IMG/VR virus record: IMGVR_UViG_3300022697_000100
Coordinates: 1-32,113 of that record
Direction: 5' to 3' (one strand)
Source of the DNA: a virus
Lineage: Duplodnaviria > Caudoviricetes
DNA: 32,113 nucleotides
Below are positions 23,847 to 32,113 of this stretch, in pieces (positions within the stretch are counted from its first letter, which is position 1; each line of letters starts with the position of its first letter). Under the pieces are notes generated by a model. It saw only the letters and a program-made list of their open reading frames with translations, ran no database searches and was not told the origin of the DNA. A program made the position numbers and the translations under genes.

Positions 23847-25790
23847 TTATTTTACCCCGGTGTTGCCGCCGGTAGCTTGTAAAAACTTTAATAAATTCTC
23901 GCGTTCTGCCTCATCTATGCCCGCTAAAGTCTCTTGTGCCTTAGCAGAGTCTAGCTCAGTTTTTGTTCGTATGCTGTCCAGTTGGGCCTGCCTTACTTGC
24001 TCTTCATACTCTATTTGAGGCTTGCTTGCCTCCGCCTGCTCTTTGGCCTGTTCTTGTTCTTCGTCATCTAAATCGCCTTCAATTAATTCTGGCGGCAAGG
24101 TCTTGCGTATTCTGCGGGCTATTTCGTCAGCTTCTGGTGTGTCTAAATTCTTCGCAACGAGATCGGCAATTGAGTCAGCTTGGTTGGGTAATGCCTGCAT
24201 GAATTGCAAGGTTGTCTCTACTGCTTCTTGGCGTCTTGTCTGGTAGCTTGGCCCCGTTGATACAGTTACGTCATACCTTCCCTTTGATAGATCATTCAAC
24301 TTAGTGCCATCATCTAGCACTTGGTTTATTTCTGCCATCTCCTCACTATCATCAGGATTTAATATCCTGACTGTCCTGGCTGTGTCGTACACTCTAGGGA
24401 TCGCATCTATTAATATTTTCCCTACGTGCCTTATTGCGATCGACAGGTTGTCGGCATACAACGCATTACCCAGATCGGATTTTTGTTGTCGCGCGAGTAT
24501 CGCTTTACCTGATTGTTCCGGCCCTGTATTACCTAAGCCCGAATCAAATAACCCAGTAGTAAATTTAATGTCATCACTGGCTATGGCTGATTCTTGCCAC
24601 ATAGATGCAGGTGGTGCAGGTGGTGGTTCGCGTGATGGCTTTCCTGCCTGTTCATCAAACTTGTAAATCAAATAGGGTAAATTGGCTTTGTTGGCTACAG
24701 CCCATTGATTCGCAGTACCTTCGATCATTTTTCCAGTAACCAACCACGGCACTCTCGGTTGTAAAGCAATCGTTTCTGCGGCTGTTGTACGCCAATAGTT
24801 ATAAAGTCGTTGAGGGTCTTTAGCGTCTCTAACTATACCCGATAGCTTTACCTCACCCTCAAGTATTGTTTCCTCGCCCAACACTGGAACTAATGGAATG
24901 TATTTACTGGGAACCTCAAAAGGTCGTTTGAGCACTTCATCGCCTGACACGATATAGCACATTACTTTATGTGTTTTTACCTGGCGTTTCTTTTTAACGC
25001 CCATTCCATCAGTAATGCCTACCTCTATTTGCTCGTCTGTCAAATAGGAAACAGTGCCGTCGTCGTACTGAACTAATGTTTTAGTAATAGGTTCTTTGAC
25101 GTAATACCGAGCAACGCGTATTTCATCCCCATACCATAAGTCGTATGTATTATCGCCACCTTCAAAACTAGTTACCTGTGCTTTTGGGTACTTTGCTTTA
25201 AATGAATCTTCAGTCATTTGTTCCGTTAAAAACGCATACTCTGCATCTTCACGGGTTATTTCTTTCGCGCTTGGGTCAAAGTAAACTGAAAATTGGTTGA
25301 GGACTCTCTTTATTGATAATTCTTGGTCAAATGTTTCGTCGCCATTGTATTGATTGCGTACCTCTATAACACCAAATCCGCACCGTATCGCACCGTCAGC
25401 AGCATTCTGATAGGCTACTTGAGCCATTGATGTGTTTTCGATATTGCGTATTAGGCCATTGAATATCTTTGCTGTTGCCTTGTCTGCGCCGTTATCGACA
25501 GGTGATACCTTTATTGCTGGCTTGTTTTGTCTTATTGCGTTCGAGACTTGCCGGATAGGTGTTTTAACGCGGTTTATTGTTAGCGCAGGACGGTCATCCT
25601 TAAGACGATCACGGTATGTTTTGTCGTCCCATTGGAACCGGCCGCCATAGGAAAACTTAACATCATCGTACATTTCCAGCCGATTGTTATTGCCTCTTTC
25701 ATGCGACAACGCAAACTTATCGCGCATTGTCTTTAGAAATAACTCTTCGTCTGATGGCTTATCTTCTGTTGGGTCGTCGTGTGCAGTCAT
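23847..25790 (-). CDS. portal protein (P22 gp1-like)
   Basis: RPALTIN, IPLVPV, VRDAKDPQRLYN, SGKAI.ARQ, G.YDV.V..GPSY.TRR. Confidence 0.93.
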   Translation of the reverse strand: MTAHDDPTEDKPSDEELFLKTMRDKFALSHERGNNNRLEMYDDVKFSYGGRFQWDDKTYRDRLKDDRPALTINRVKTPIRQVSNAIRQNKPAIKVSPVDNGADKATAKIFNGLIRNIENTSMAQVAYQNAADGAIRCGFGVIEVRNQYNGDETFDQELSIKRVLNQFSVYFDPSAKEITREDAEYAFLTEQMTEDSFKAKYPKAQVTSFEGGDNTYDLWYGDEIRVARYYVKEPITKTLVQYDDGTVSYLTDEQIEVGITDGMGVKKKRQVKTHKVMCYIVSGDEVLKRPFEVPSKYIPLVPVLGEETILEGEVKLSGIVRDAKDPQRLYNYWRTTAAETIALQPRVPWLVTGKMIEGTANQWAVANKANLPYLIYKFDEQAGKPSREPPPAPPASMWQESAIASDDIKFTTGLFDSGLGNTGPEQSGKAILARQQKSDLGNALYADNLSIAIRHVGKILIDAIPRVYDTARTVRILNPDDSEEMAEINQVLDDGTKLNDLSKGRYDVTVSTGPSYQTRRQEAVETTLQFMQALPNQADSIADLVAKNLDTPEADEIARRIRKTLPPELIEGDLDDEEQEQAKEQAEASKPQIEYEEQVRQAQLDSIRTKTELDSAKAQETLAGIDEAERENLLKFLQATGGNTGVK

Positions 25791-27283
25791 TATCCCATCC
25801 AGCCTGATACCATTGGAGTCGGTACTTTAAAGGTTAGCGCTACGGCCTCCTCACAGAACGTTAGGCAAAATGCATCCCATCTATCTGGTGATTTTAAGCC
25901 ACGAGACTTCATATCTTTTTTACTTTCCAATAGCAGCATTCCATCTCTATAACCATATTTTGTTGAACATGCCTGTGATTTAATCTCACTATCTGGTGGC
26001 AAGCTGCAAGGCGTGTCTTTAAGCCAATCACTTGCGCCTCGGTACATTCTTGCACGTTTGTTATAATTACGGCTGTCACTTAGTCTTACGCCTGTATGTA
26101 CGCCTATCACTATCTTAGCGTACTTAGTCTGCTGTAATGCGTCGTAGCAACTCACACCCGGGCCATCCAGCTCTATTATAATTGATTCAATCTCATATAC
26201 CGAGCTATCACAATAATCGACTACTTTACCGCATAGTGTAGGACCGTCTACCTGTCGCATTATTATCTGACTAAATGCTATTCGGCCTAACCTTGGAGAT
26301 ATTACGCTTTCATCGTTACCAAAATGAGCAGCATCAATACCAATAATAATCTTGCCTATTGGGGTTATTTTAGATGGTTCTGTTCGCTGTGCTGCCTCTA
26401 CCGTGTCACCGTCAATATATGCATCGCTGGTACTGGCGTTGTAATCTATGTCTACTTCTTGCGCTAAGACTACCGGGTCTAAAGTATCCTTTTGTTTTTG
26501 GTACCACGCTTCATCTTTTCTAGGGTCATCTCGCCAATGAAATGTAAATACCGGCACTTTGCCACTGTGTCGTTTTTGGTAAAATACATTGCCGTTGCCG
26601 TTTGGGGTTGAGATATACCCTACACAATTACTTGTCTGTGATAACGCTGCATCTACGTTCTTTTGCCCTGGCATAAAAGCGAACTCGTCAGCGAAATAAA
26701 TAGATGTTCTATCGCCTCGCCCTATATTGTCGCCTGCCTCGCCTGTAATGTAAGAATTAGTATCTCTAAATGAAATCCTCATGTACGGGGATTCCCACGA
26801 TACTGGCCGAAACTCTGGCGGTAATTTCTTAACGAAGAAACGCGCTTTCCAAAATAACGACTTAGGTGAATCCAGTTTATCGACTAATTCTTCTTTGCGT
26901 GACCCAAACCCAATCACAATGCCTTCGTTGAGCAGGCACAGTGTTGTTGATAGAGATACCGCCAGCCATGACAGGCCCATCTCACGAGTCTTTTCAGTAA
27001 GAAAGCTTTTGCGCTCATGCCAGCAATCTAATGTAAATTGGAGCCACTCCTTTTGCCGCTCAAATAATGTAAACGGGATAATCGATGGTAGCCCAACATC
27101 CTTGTTGCGTGGGTCAAACGTACAACCCCAGTCATTAATGAAATCTATAGGGTTTTCTTGGTAGTGCTTTTTTAGTCCTGGTAGTATTGCCGGTGTCTTG
27201 CGTATTTTTGCTAGCCGCTCGATACGCTTTCTAAACGTTTCGGCTATTAATTCGCCTTGTTCGCTAACTGATAAAGTCGCCAT
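25790..27283 (-). CDS. terL: terminase large subunit
   Basis: EKTREMGLSW (Walker A), YFADEFA (Walker B), ISTPNG, GIDAAHFGND nuclease motif, SPDRWDA. Confidence 0.93.
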   Translation of the reverse strand: MATLSVSEQGELIAETFRKRIERLAKIRKTPAILPGLKKHYQENPIDFINDWGCTFDPRNKDVGLPSIIPFTLFERQKEWLQFTLDCWHERKSFLTEKTREMGLSWLAVSLSTTLCLLNEGIVIGFGSRKEELVDKLDSPKSLFWKARFFVKKLPPEFRPVSWESPYMRISFRDTNSYITGEAGDNIGRGDRTSIYFADEFAFMPGQKNVDAALSQTSNCVGYISTPNGNGNVFYQKRHSGKVPVFTFHWRDDPRKDEAWYQKQKDTLDPVVLAQEVDIDYNASTSDAYIDGDTVEAAQRTEPSKITPIGKIIIGIDAAHFGNDESVISPRLGRIAFSQIIMRQVDGPTLCGKVVDYCDSSVYEIESIIIELDGPGVSCYDALQQTKYAKIVIGVHTGVRLSDSRNYNKRARMYRGASDWLKDTPCSLPPDSEIKSQACSTKYGYRDGMLLLESKKDMKSRGLKSPDRWDAFCLTFCEEAVALTFKVPTPMVSGWMG

Positions 27284-27668
27284 ATATTTTTGATGCTTCT
27301 TCGGCGGTTACTTCTGTACCTAGAACCGGTATTGGTTTACCATCTGGGCCTGATAATTCCTTGCGCTCATGTATCCCATGCTTACCTAAAACTAGCTTGG
27401 CGATATTGCTATTAAATGTCCCATCTAGCCCTCTATTAAGCAATTGAAGCTTTTGTAATAGGTTACATTTAGCTAATATCTCCGAAAACTCTTCCTTCCC
27501 TTCTTCGTTCGCCCAATCGTATCCGCACGTACTTGATATGCCTATAAATAAAAATAATCCCTCATGGGTTGGGAATACTTCATCCATTTCTTTATATGTG
27601 TCCATGTACGTATAAGCGTTATCTAGCCTTTCTCGGGTATATTTTGTTGGCCTGCCTGTATTGGCCAT
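27264..27668 (-). CDS. terS: terminase small subunit (gp3-packaging family)
   Basis: GRPTKY, PT.EGL..IGIS..YDW, GL.G.FN..IAKL.L, ELSGPDGKPI. Confidence 0.9.
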   Translation of the reverse strand: MANTGRPTKYTRERLDNAYTYMDTYKEMDEVFPTHEGLFLFIGISSTCGYDWANEEGKEEFSEILAKCNLLQKLQLLNRGLDGTFNSNIAKLVLGKHGIHERKELSGPDGKPIPVLGTEVTAEEASKIYGDFIS

Positions 27669-27670
27669 GA

Positions 27671-27832
27671 TTAATCAGCCTTATGTGTAATTGTGTGGTC
27701 TTTTGGCCTGAGTGGCCCATCTGCTGGCCCTTCGTACTCTATAGTCTGCTCGCCAAATATGTAAATGACCGCATTATTCGTTTCCACTTCAGGAAATACG
27801 ACTGCTGTTTCTAAGGTTGATCCCTTGGCCAT
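27671..27832 (-). CDS. small hypothetical protein (53 aa)
   Basis: Hand-translated; TAATG coupling. Confidence 0.6.
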   Translation of the reverse strand: MAKGSTLETAVVFPEVETNNAVIYIFGEQTIEYEGPADGPLRPKDHTITHKAD

Positions 27833-28017
27833 TAGTGAACCACCATTGAGCGCAGCTTATTGACTAGCTCACGTTTTGTTCTATTGGGGAATCTAGTTTT
27901 GTTGGACAGCACTAATCCGCTAGGCTTATAAATTACCTTTATGCGGGTTTCTTTCCCTACTTGTCGAGTAAGGATTCTGATGTCTCTGGCGTCCATTGGT
28001 TGGGTTGTGCAAGTCAC
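27832..28017 (-). CDS. small basic protein, possibly release-factor domain-3-like without GGQ
   Basis: DIRI..., IKVIYKPSGLV..., terminal helix ..KLR; GTGA coupling. Confidence 0.45.
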   Translation of the reverse strand: MTCTTQPMDARDIRILTRQVGKETRIKVIYKPSGLVLSNKTRFPNRTKRELVNKLRSMVVH

Positions 28018-28121
28018 TTCTTTTTGCTCTTTCCTTTCTTTGTTGATTTGTTATGTGATGATTTAACGTGACCAGTTGATTGCGCTGGCTTCGTTGGTTT
28101 GTTTGCTTTATGTACTGGCAT
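28014..28121 (-). CDS. 35-aa highly basic peptide (MPVHKANK...KERAKKK)
   Basis: AGGA RBS; first ORF after the promoter at 28139-28167. Confidence 0.55.
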   Translation of the reverse strand: MPVHKANKPTKPAQSTGHVKSSHNKSTKKGKSKKK

Positions 28122-28138
28122 TTCTATATCCTGTATTG

Positions 28139-28167
28139 ATTATAGTTTATACGACATATAATGTCAT
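28139..28167 (-). promoter_or_regulatory. sigma70-like promoter for the packaging/head operon, with overlapping palindrome
   Basis: ATGACA-17 bp-TATAAT; GACAT-ata-ATGTC at 28153-28165. Confidence 0.65.
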
Positions 28168-28230
28168 TACGGCAATAGAAGGCGTACCCTAGAAAAATGT
28201 AAGCCATATCCATGATTTGAAAATATTCAC

Positions 28231-28350
28231 TCATTCTTTGCTCCTTACCTTTTTTTCCTGCTCTTGCAAAAGTAAATCCAACGCATGAAAGTATATTGGC
28301 CAAAAGGCTACACTTAACACTAAAGTTGCTATGCATACAACAACCACCAT
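28231..28350 (-). CDS. 39-aa single-pass membrane peptide
   Basis: MVVVVCIATLVLSVAFWPIYF followed by a charged tail; TAATG coupling. Confidence 0.55.
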   Translation of the reverse strand: MVVVVCIATLVLSVAFWPIYFHALDLLLQEQEKKVRSKE

Positions 28351-28682
28351 TACGCTCTAATCTCCCGTTTCTTTGGCCTTACCCGTAAGTTTTCCCATAA
28401 TCCTTGATTGCCATTTGAAGTGAGTGTGATGTTGAGATAGTACAGGGTGTTTTCCGATAAACTTACCGTGTGGGCGATAGTGCCTAAAAACAGGAAAAAG
28501 GTTTTGTTACGAATCTTTTGGATTGAGTCATAGAGCATAGAGCCGCTAGTTACCGTGACACCTGGCACTGTTTGAATATCAAATATCACTGTTGCATTGA
28601 TCAACGAATCGTCGGTTATCTGATCCCTGACAAACAGCTCTATAGTGTTTGTATTCGATATGAACGGTATTAAGTCAGCCAT
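28350..28682 (-). CDS. Ig-like/BppU-N-like beta-sandwich protein
   Basis: Alternating beta-strand pattern (D..T...INATV.F..G..Y...I..T). Confidence 0.5.
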   Translation of the reverse strand: MADLIPFISNTNTIELFVRDQITDDSLINATVIFDIQTVPGVTVTSGSMLYDSIQKIRNKTFFLFLGTIAHTVSLSENTLYYLNITLTSNGNQGLWENLRVRPKKREIRA

Positions 28683-28929
28683 CTATTTTACCCTTGAACC
28701 TTGGTATTATGTCTTGCTCTATTCTGTATTTTACTCTAATACTCGTTTCTGATGTAAAATTAGGCATTATTTCTATTTCTGTGTCCCATCTTGCGTAGAT
28801 GTTTGGTGCTATAACGACCGGCGGAATAACGACTACCCCGATTGTATACCCTCGGGTAACTACATCTCCAACCGTTCCAATTAATGTTCCGTTACTAAAT
28901 CCCCGCGTTACAACTAGCGCGATAGACAC
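28675..28929 (-). CDS. hypothetical structural protein with duplicated VVTRG(F/Y)
   Basis: GTG start overlapping the upstream TAG; internal repeat. Confidence 0.7.
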   Translation of the reverse strand: MSIALVVTRGFSNGTLIGTVGDVVTRGYTIGVVVIPPVVIAPNIYARWDTEIEIMPNFTSETSIRVKYRIEQDIIPRFKGKIDG

Positions 28930-31679
28930 TACGTTGCTCGGGTTGCGCTGGTTGGATTAGTTGCGTCATCCAACGTGAGTGTTGCGGCTGTAGTGGCCCC
29001 ATCTATTTCACGTATTGTTGTCGTTGTTCCGGCAATAGAAAAATCAGTTAATGCTTGTTGTATCAACATCACAGCCTGAGTAAGAGTAGGGGCTGTGCCA
29101 TCTGCCGCGTAACTTTCAGTCATTTGGGTGACCAAAACTTGAACCACCTCCGCTAGAATTTCTGCTTGCATTCCGGTACTCATGCCACCTAAATCTGTTA
29201 AGCCTGCACCGGCTGTTCCTAGCGTCGAGATAATTGTATTCAAATCAACCGAATTACTGTCCATTTCTTGACGGTTTTCTACTGCTGTTGGAGCAGTTCC
29301 GGCCGCGTCTGGAACGGTGGTGTTTGCGCCATCAGTTCCACGCATATCCGTGTTGGTCGTTGTTGTTGCAACTAATGTCACATTTGCCACCGCGTCAGCA
29401 GCAGGGTCAAAATAACTGGCCGCCACTAATGTTCTTGCATCAAATTCAGCTACCGTAGGTATGTCAGCAATACCGGCTGTATGATCTGCCGTTTGAGCTG
29501 TGTGACCTGTAAGGGTTGTAACTGTGTCGGCTAGTTGTATGTCCGTTCCAGACAAATCCAGTGCGGTGGTGGGGTTCTCAACATTCGCCCAATCAATGCC
29601 CGCTCCACCCGTCGCCGTCACATCTAATTGCCGATTGGGGACTGTAGATTTGAGTGAGTTTTCAGCGAGAATATATACATTGTCAGTGGTTGCGATTGTA
29701 AATGACAAAGCCTCTTTTAGGGTTATCGTTAAACTAGACCCCACATAATCAAGCACTACGCCGATTGCTTTTTGTGTGGCCGTCGCAACATCTTCAATAA
29801 CTATTGTGCAATTATTGTATGTGTCATTATCTGCACTCCCAGCGGTTAGCGTGAAGCTTGTTTGGCTAGCAAGTGTCGCAATAGTTGTGTCAATGAGTAG
29901 CAATCTATCAGACCCACCGGCACCTGTTGTCCATGCTGCATCACCACGATCTCGTATAGCTTCAAGGCTGTCTGTTGCGGTGTTGAATGTAGCGCCTTGT
30001 ATGGCCTGCACATCACCTTCTATATCTGCAACGGCCTCAGTTACATTTCCACCTGCATCGATATATTCAAAAAACCCGTCGTGGTCTATCGTGCCGCCTG
30101 TGCAAGTTGCGGTAGTAATCACACCATTTCCGGTTACGTGGGCAATATCTCCGGCTGCCATGTTGGTTAAAGTAACGCCGCCGTGGAAGTCATAAAGATT
30201 GACAGTTGTTGCCCCCAGAGCGCCAAAATCTATTGGGACGTTTGCCGCCGCTTCAGAAAAACACTGGTGAAATGTAAACGTTCCAGCTTGTCCGACCGTA
30301 AATGTTCCGTTTAATCCACAACGCTCAAAATGGCCGTCATTGTCTAGCGTTACAGCGCCTAAGTCACACTCTTCAAACTCATAATCACCTGTTGACGTTG
30401 CAATGCCTGAAACATCTGCACCACTGAAAAATGAGCCGGTTATATCCTGGCCACCTAGAGCAAGCGTCCAATGTTGACCCACATAATTAGTGTTTGTAGC
30501 CGCTGCTGCTAAAGTAATCGTTGATCCGTTGGGTATTCCCGCTACAGTCGCTACGCCGTAGGCAACCGCTTTATTTATTGTTAATGTTGCAGAAGAAAGC
30601 CCGGTTCCTGTGATCCGTACTTGAAATAAACCAGTGTCATCCGTGTATCTTGATACAACAACTTTATCAAAAGTTTCATATGTTAATGCATTCGCCCCAT
30701 TAAGGGTGTCAATTGTGTCGTAGGTTGCGCCTACTTGATCAAAGAATTGCAACGTCAAGTCATCTGAATTACCTTGGGCTGCTGCCGTCAGTAGAAATTG
30801 TATAACTTCTGTATTTGGGTCTAGCAGGTAATCAAGGTCTAGCGTGAGTGTGCCTGCGTTGTCGTTGACGGTATAAACATCCGCGTCATCATTCGCCATA
30901 TCATCTGCGTCACCAGATGCGCCGCTGCCAGTAGTTACCGTGATAGTTGATGGTACAAAAGGTCGAGCACCGACTCCAGGGGCCGCCGCAATAGATGACA
31001 CCTGTGCTTGTGTTGCCGGGAATGTATCGCCGGCTAGCCCGGTAGTATCGTATTGTAGTTCTAGGTTATTTGCAGCCGTTGCGTCTCCGCTTATTGCGGT
31101 CATGTCTGCGGTGACTTGGTTTGTGACGTCCGTTACTGTAGCCACCGTGTCAGCAGCGGGGTCAAAATAACTGGCCGCTACAAGCGTTCGAGCATTGAAT
31201 TCTGATACCGTAGGTATATCAGCAATAAGCGCGTCAAAATCTTGTCCCCCAGCATCGGAAATAATTAATCCACCAGCGGCATCAGCGGCGGCGTTAGGAA
31301 GCGCTGTAAGCCCTAATCTAACAGCATCAAATGGGTCATAGCTTACAAGCTGTATTACACAGCCAATAACCACCATGCCCGTCACAGTGCCATGAACTGC
31401 CACTTTATCTACACCAGTAGCGAGCGCGGCGTCAGGTAAATCAAACCGGTACACGCCATTGCCAATGTGTAAAAACCCACCATCGGCATGCGCGGTTGTT
31501 AATGCGGCGAGCGTCACCTCAGTGATTGCTATTGATGCAGCGCCATCGCGCCGATACTCCAACGCCAATCCAGTCGTGTTAAATACAACGCCCGTTTCCG
31601 GGGTACCGTCGGTCGAGTCAATAATCCGCAACTCTACTGATATGTTTGTTGATGCTTTAGGGAATTGATATATGTGCAT
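28929..31679 (-). CDS. large acidic Ala/Thr/Gly/Asp-rich putative virion fibre protein (916 aa)
   Basis: Long ORF with fibre-like composition, internal ~30-aa repeat and central beta-helix-like segment. Confidence 0.75.
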   Translation of the reverse strand: MHIYQFPKASTNISVELRIIDSTDGTPETGVVFNTTGLALEYRRDGAASIAITEVTLAALTTAHADGGFLHIGNGVYRFDLPDAALATGVDKVAVHGTVTGMVVIGCVIQLVSYDPFDAVRLGLTALPNAAADAAGGLIISDAGGQDFDALIADIPTVSEFNARTLVAASYFDPAADTVATVTDVTNQVTADMTAISGDATAANNLELQYDTTGLAGDTFPATQAQVSSIAAAPGVGARPFVPSTITVTTGSGASGDADDMANDDADVYTVNDNAGTLTLDLDYLLDPNTEVIQFLLTAAAQGNSDDLTLQFFDQVGATYDTIDTLNGANALTYETFDKVVVSRYTDDTGLFQVRITGTGLSSATLTINKAVAYGVATVAGIPNGSTITLAAAATNTNYVGQHWTLALGGQDITGSFFSGADVSGIATSTGDYEFEECDLGAVTLDNDGHFERCGLNGTFTVGQAGTFTFHQCFSEAAANVPIDFGALGATTVNLYDFHGGVTLTNMAAGDIAHVTGNGVITTATCTGGTIDHDGFFEYIDAGGNVTEAVADIEGDVQAIQGATFNTATDSLEAIRDRGDAAWTTGAGGSDRLLLIDTTIATLASQTSFTLTAGSADNDTYNNCTIVIEDVATATQKAIGVVLDYVGSSLTITLKEALSFTIATTDNVYILAENSLKSTVPNRQLDVTATGGAGIDWANVENPTTALDLSGTDIQLADTVTTLTGHTAQTADHTAGIADIPTVAEFDARTLVAASYFDPAADAVANVTLVATTTTNTDMRGTDGANTTVPDAAGTAPTAVENRQEMDSNSVDLNTIISTLGTAGAGLTDLGGMSTGMQAEILAEVVQVLVTQMTESYAADGTAPTLTQAVMLIQQALTDFSIAGTTTTIREIDGATTAATLTLDDATNPTSATRAT
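29386..29472. repeat. intragenic direct repeat (second copy 31141-31227)
   Basis: Encodes IADIPTV.EF.ARTLVAASYFDPAAD.VA; offset 1755 bp, in frame. Confidence 0.9.
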
Positions 31680-32113
31680 TAGCTCATCTGCATAATCATT
31701 GGGAGTATAGTTCCACCACCACCAGCCCCAGCATCGCTATGTACGATACCGCTCATATATGGGTATGATCCATCAAGCTCTATCGTTGCGCCTGACGACC
31801 AATCTTTCCACGCGTGGCCGTAATGATTTGAATTACACGCCGTAGTCTCTTCGGTTTCGATTACTGTTTGTGACTGCAATGTTAGATCAAATGCGTCGCC
31901 GCCACTGCCAAAATCTGAACCGTGCACGTAAATATAATCGCCGTTTGCGCCGCCGGTTAATGTGGCCTGAGCGTTTGTGTTTAGCTCTTGTACGTCTGCT
32001 GCCGAATCAATATACGTTACTGTGCCATCAGCCGATAATGCTTCAAATGTTGCACTAACACCGTCTGAATAAGCGCGAGTTGTGTTGATCCTGAATCTAT
32101 CATATGTAGTTGT
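31679..32113 (-). CDS. 5'-truncated putative structural protein
   Basis: The frame of the 82-aa track ORF stays open to the window edge (..TTTYDRFRINTTRAYSDG..); ends in GAGGGGTILPMIMQMS, TAATG-coupled to the 916-aa gene. Confidence 0.75.
   Translation of the reverse strand, partial: TTTYDRFRINTTRAYSDGVSATFEALSADGTVTYIDSAADVQELNTNAQATLTGGANGDYIYVHGSDFGSGGDAFDLTLQSQTVIETEETTACNSNHYGHAWKDWSSGATIELDGSYPYMSGIVHSDAGAGGGGTILPMIMQMS

Noticed and set aside
27661-27832. ATGGCCAA shared by the starts of terS and the upstream 53-aa gene
   Set aside because: 8 bp explained by the common Met-Ala start; also occurs at 12489-12496.
28124-28336. 70-aa track ORF
   Set aside because: Better parsed as a 39-aa membrane peptide (28231-28350) plus a promoter region; a short 28124-28234 ORF is possible but unsupported.
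29386-31227. DGR template/variable repeat pair
   Set aside because: Both copies are in the same ORF, differences are mostly synonymous and not adenine-specific, and no reverse transcriptase is in the window.

Overview
About 32 kb of a tailed dsDNA phage (or prophage) with a P22-like podovirus head/tail module. No integrase, CI peptidase, CRISPR or tRNA is visible in the window. A divergent promoter pair at ~8690-8770 drives two operons. The leftward early operon carries a coiled-coil protein, an ERF annealase, small genes, a ~500-nt structured non-coding region, a stand-alone primase-type CHC2 zinc finger, an SF2 helicase and a putative 2OG-Fe(II) dioxygenase. The short rightward operon carries a Cro-like HTH, a LexA-like wHTH, a NinB-like gene and small genes. 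The late genes on the minus strand run terS, terL, portal, scaffold, coat, tail hub, ejection proteins and tailspike, preceded by an extra cluster of uncharacterised structural-looking genes that includes a 916-aa protein. The most notable observations are four. (1) The replication module shows no initiator or catalytic primase; instead it has a large folded RNA element, a ~100-nt counter-transcript and a coupled leader peptide, reminiscent of plasmid RNA-controlled replicons. (2) At least seven single-gene or few-gene blocks are bounded by exact 10-19 bp direct repeats that preserve translational coupling. (3) A multi-stem RNA sequesters the coat-protein RBS. (4) There is an unexplained extra virion-protein module. 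All protein assignments come from motif recognition by eye, without database searches.
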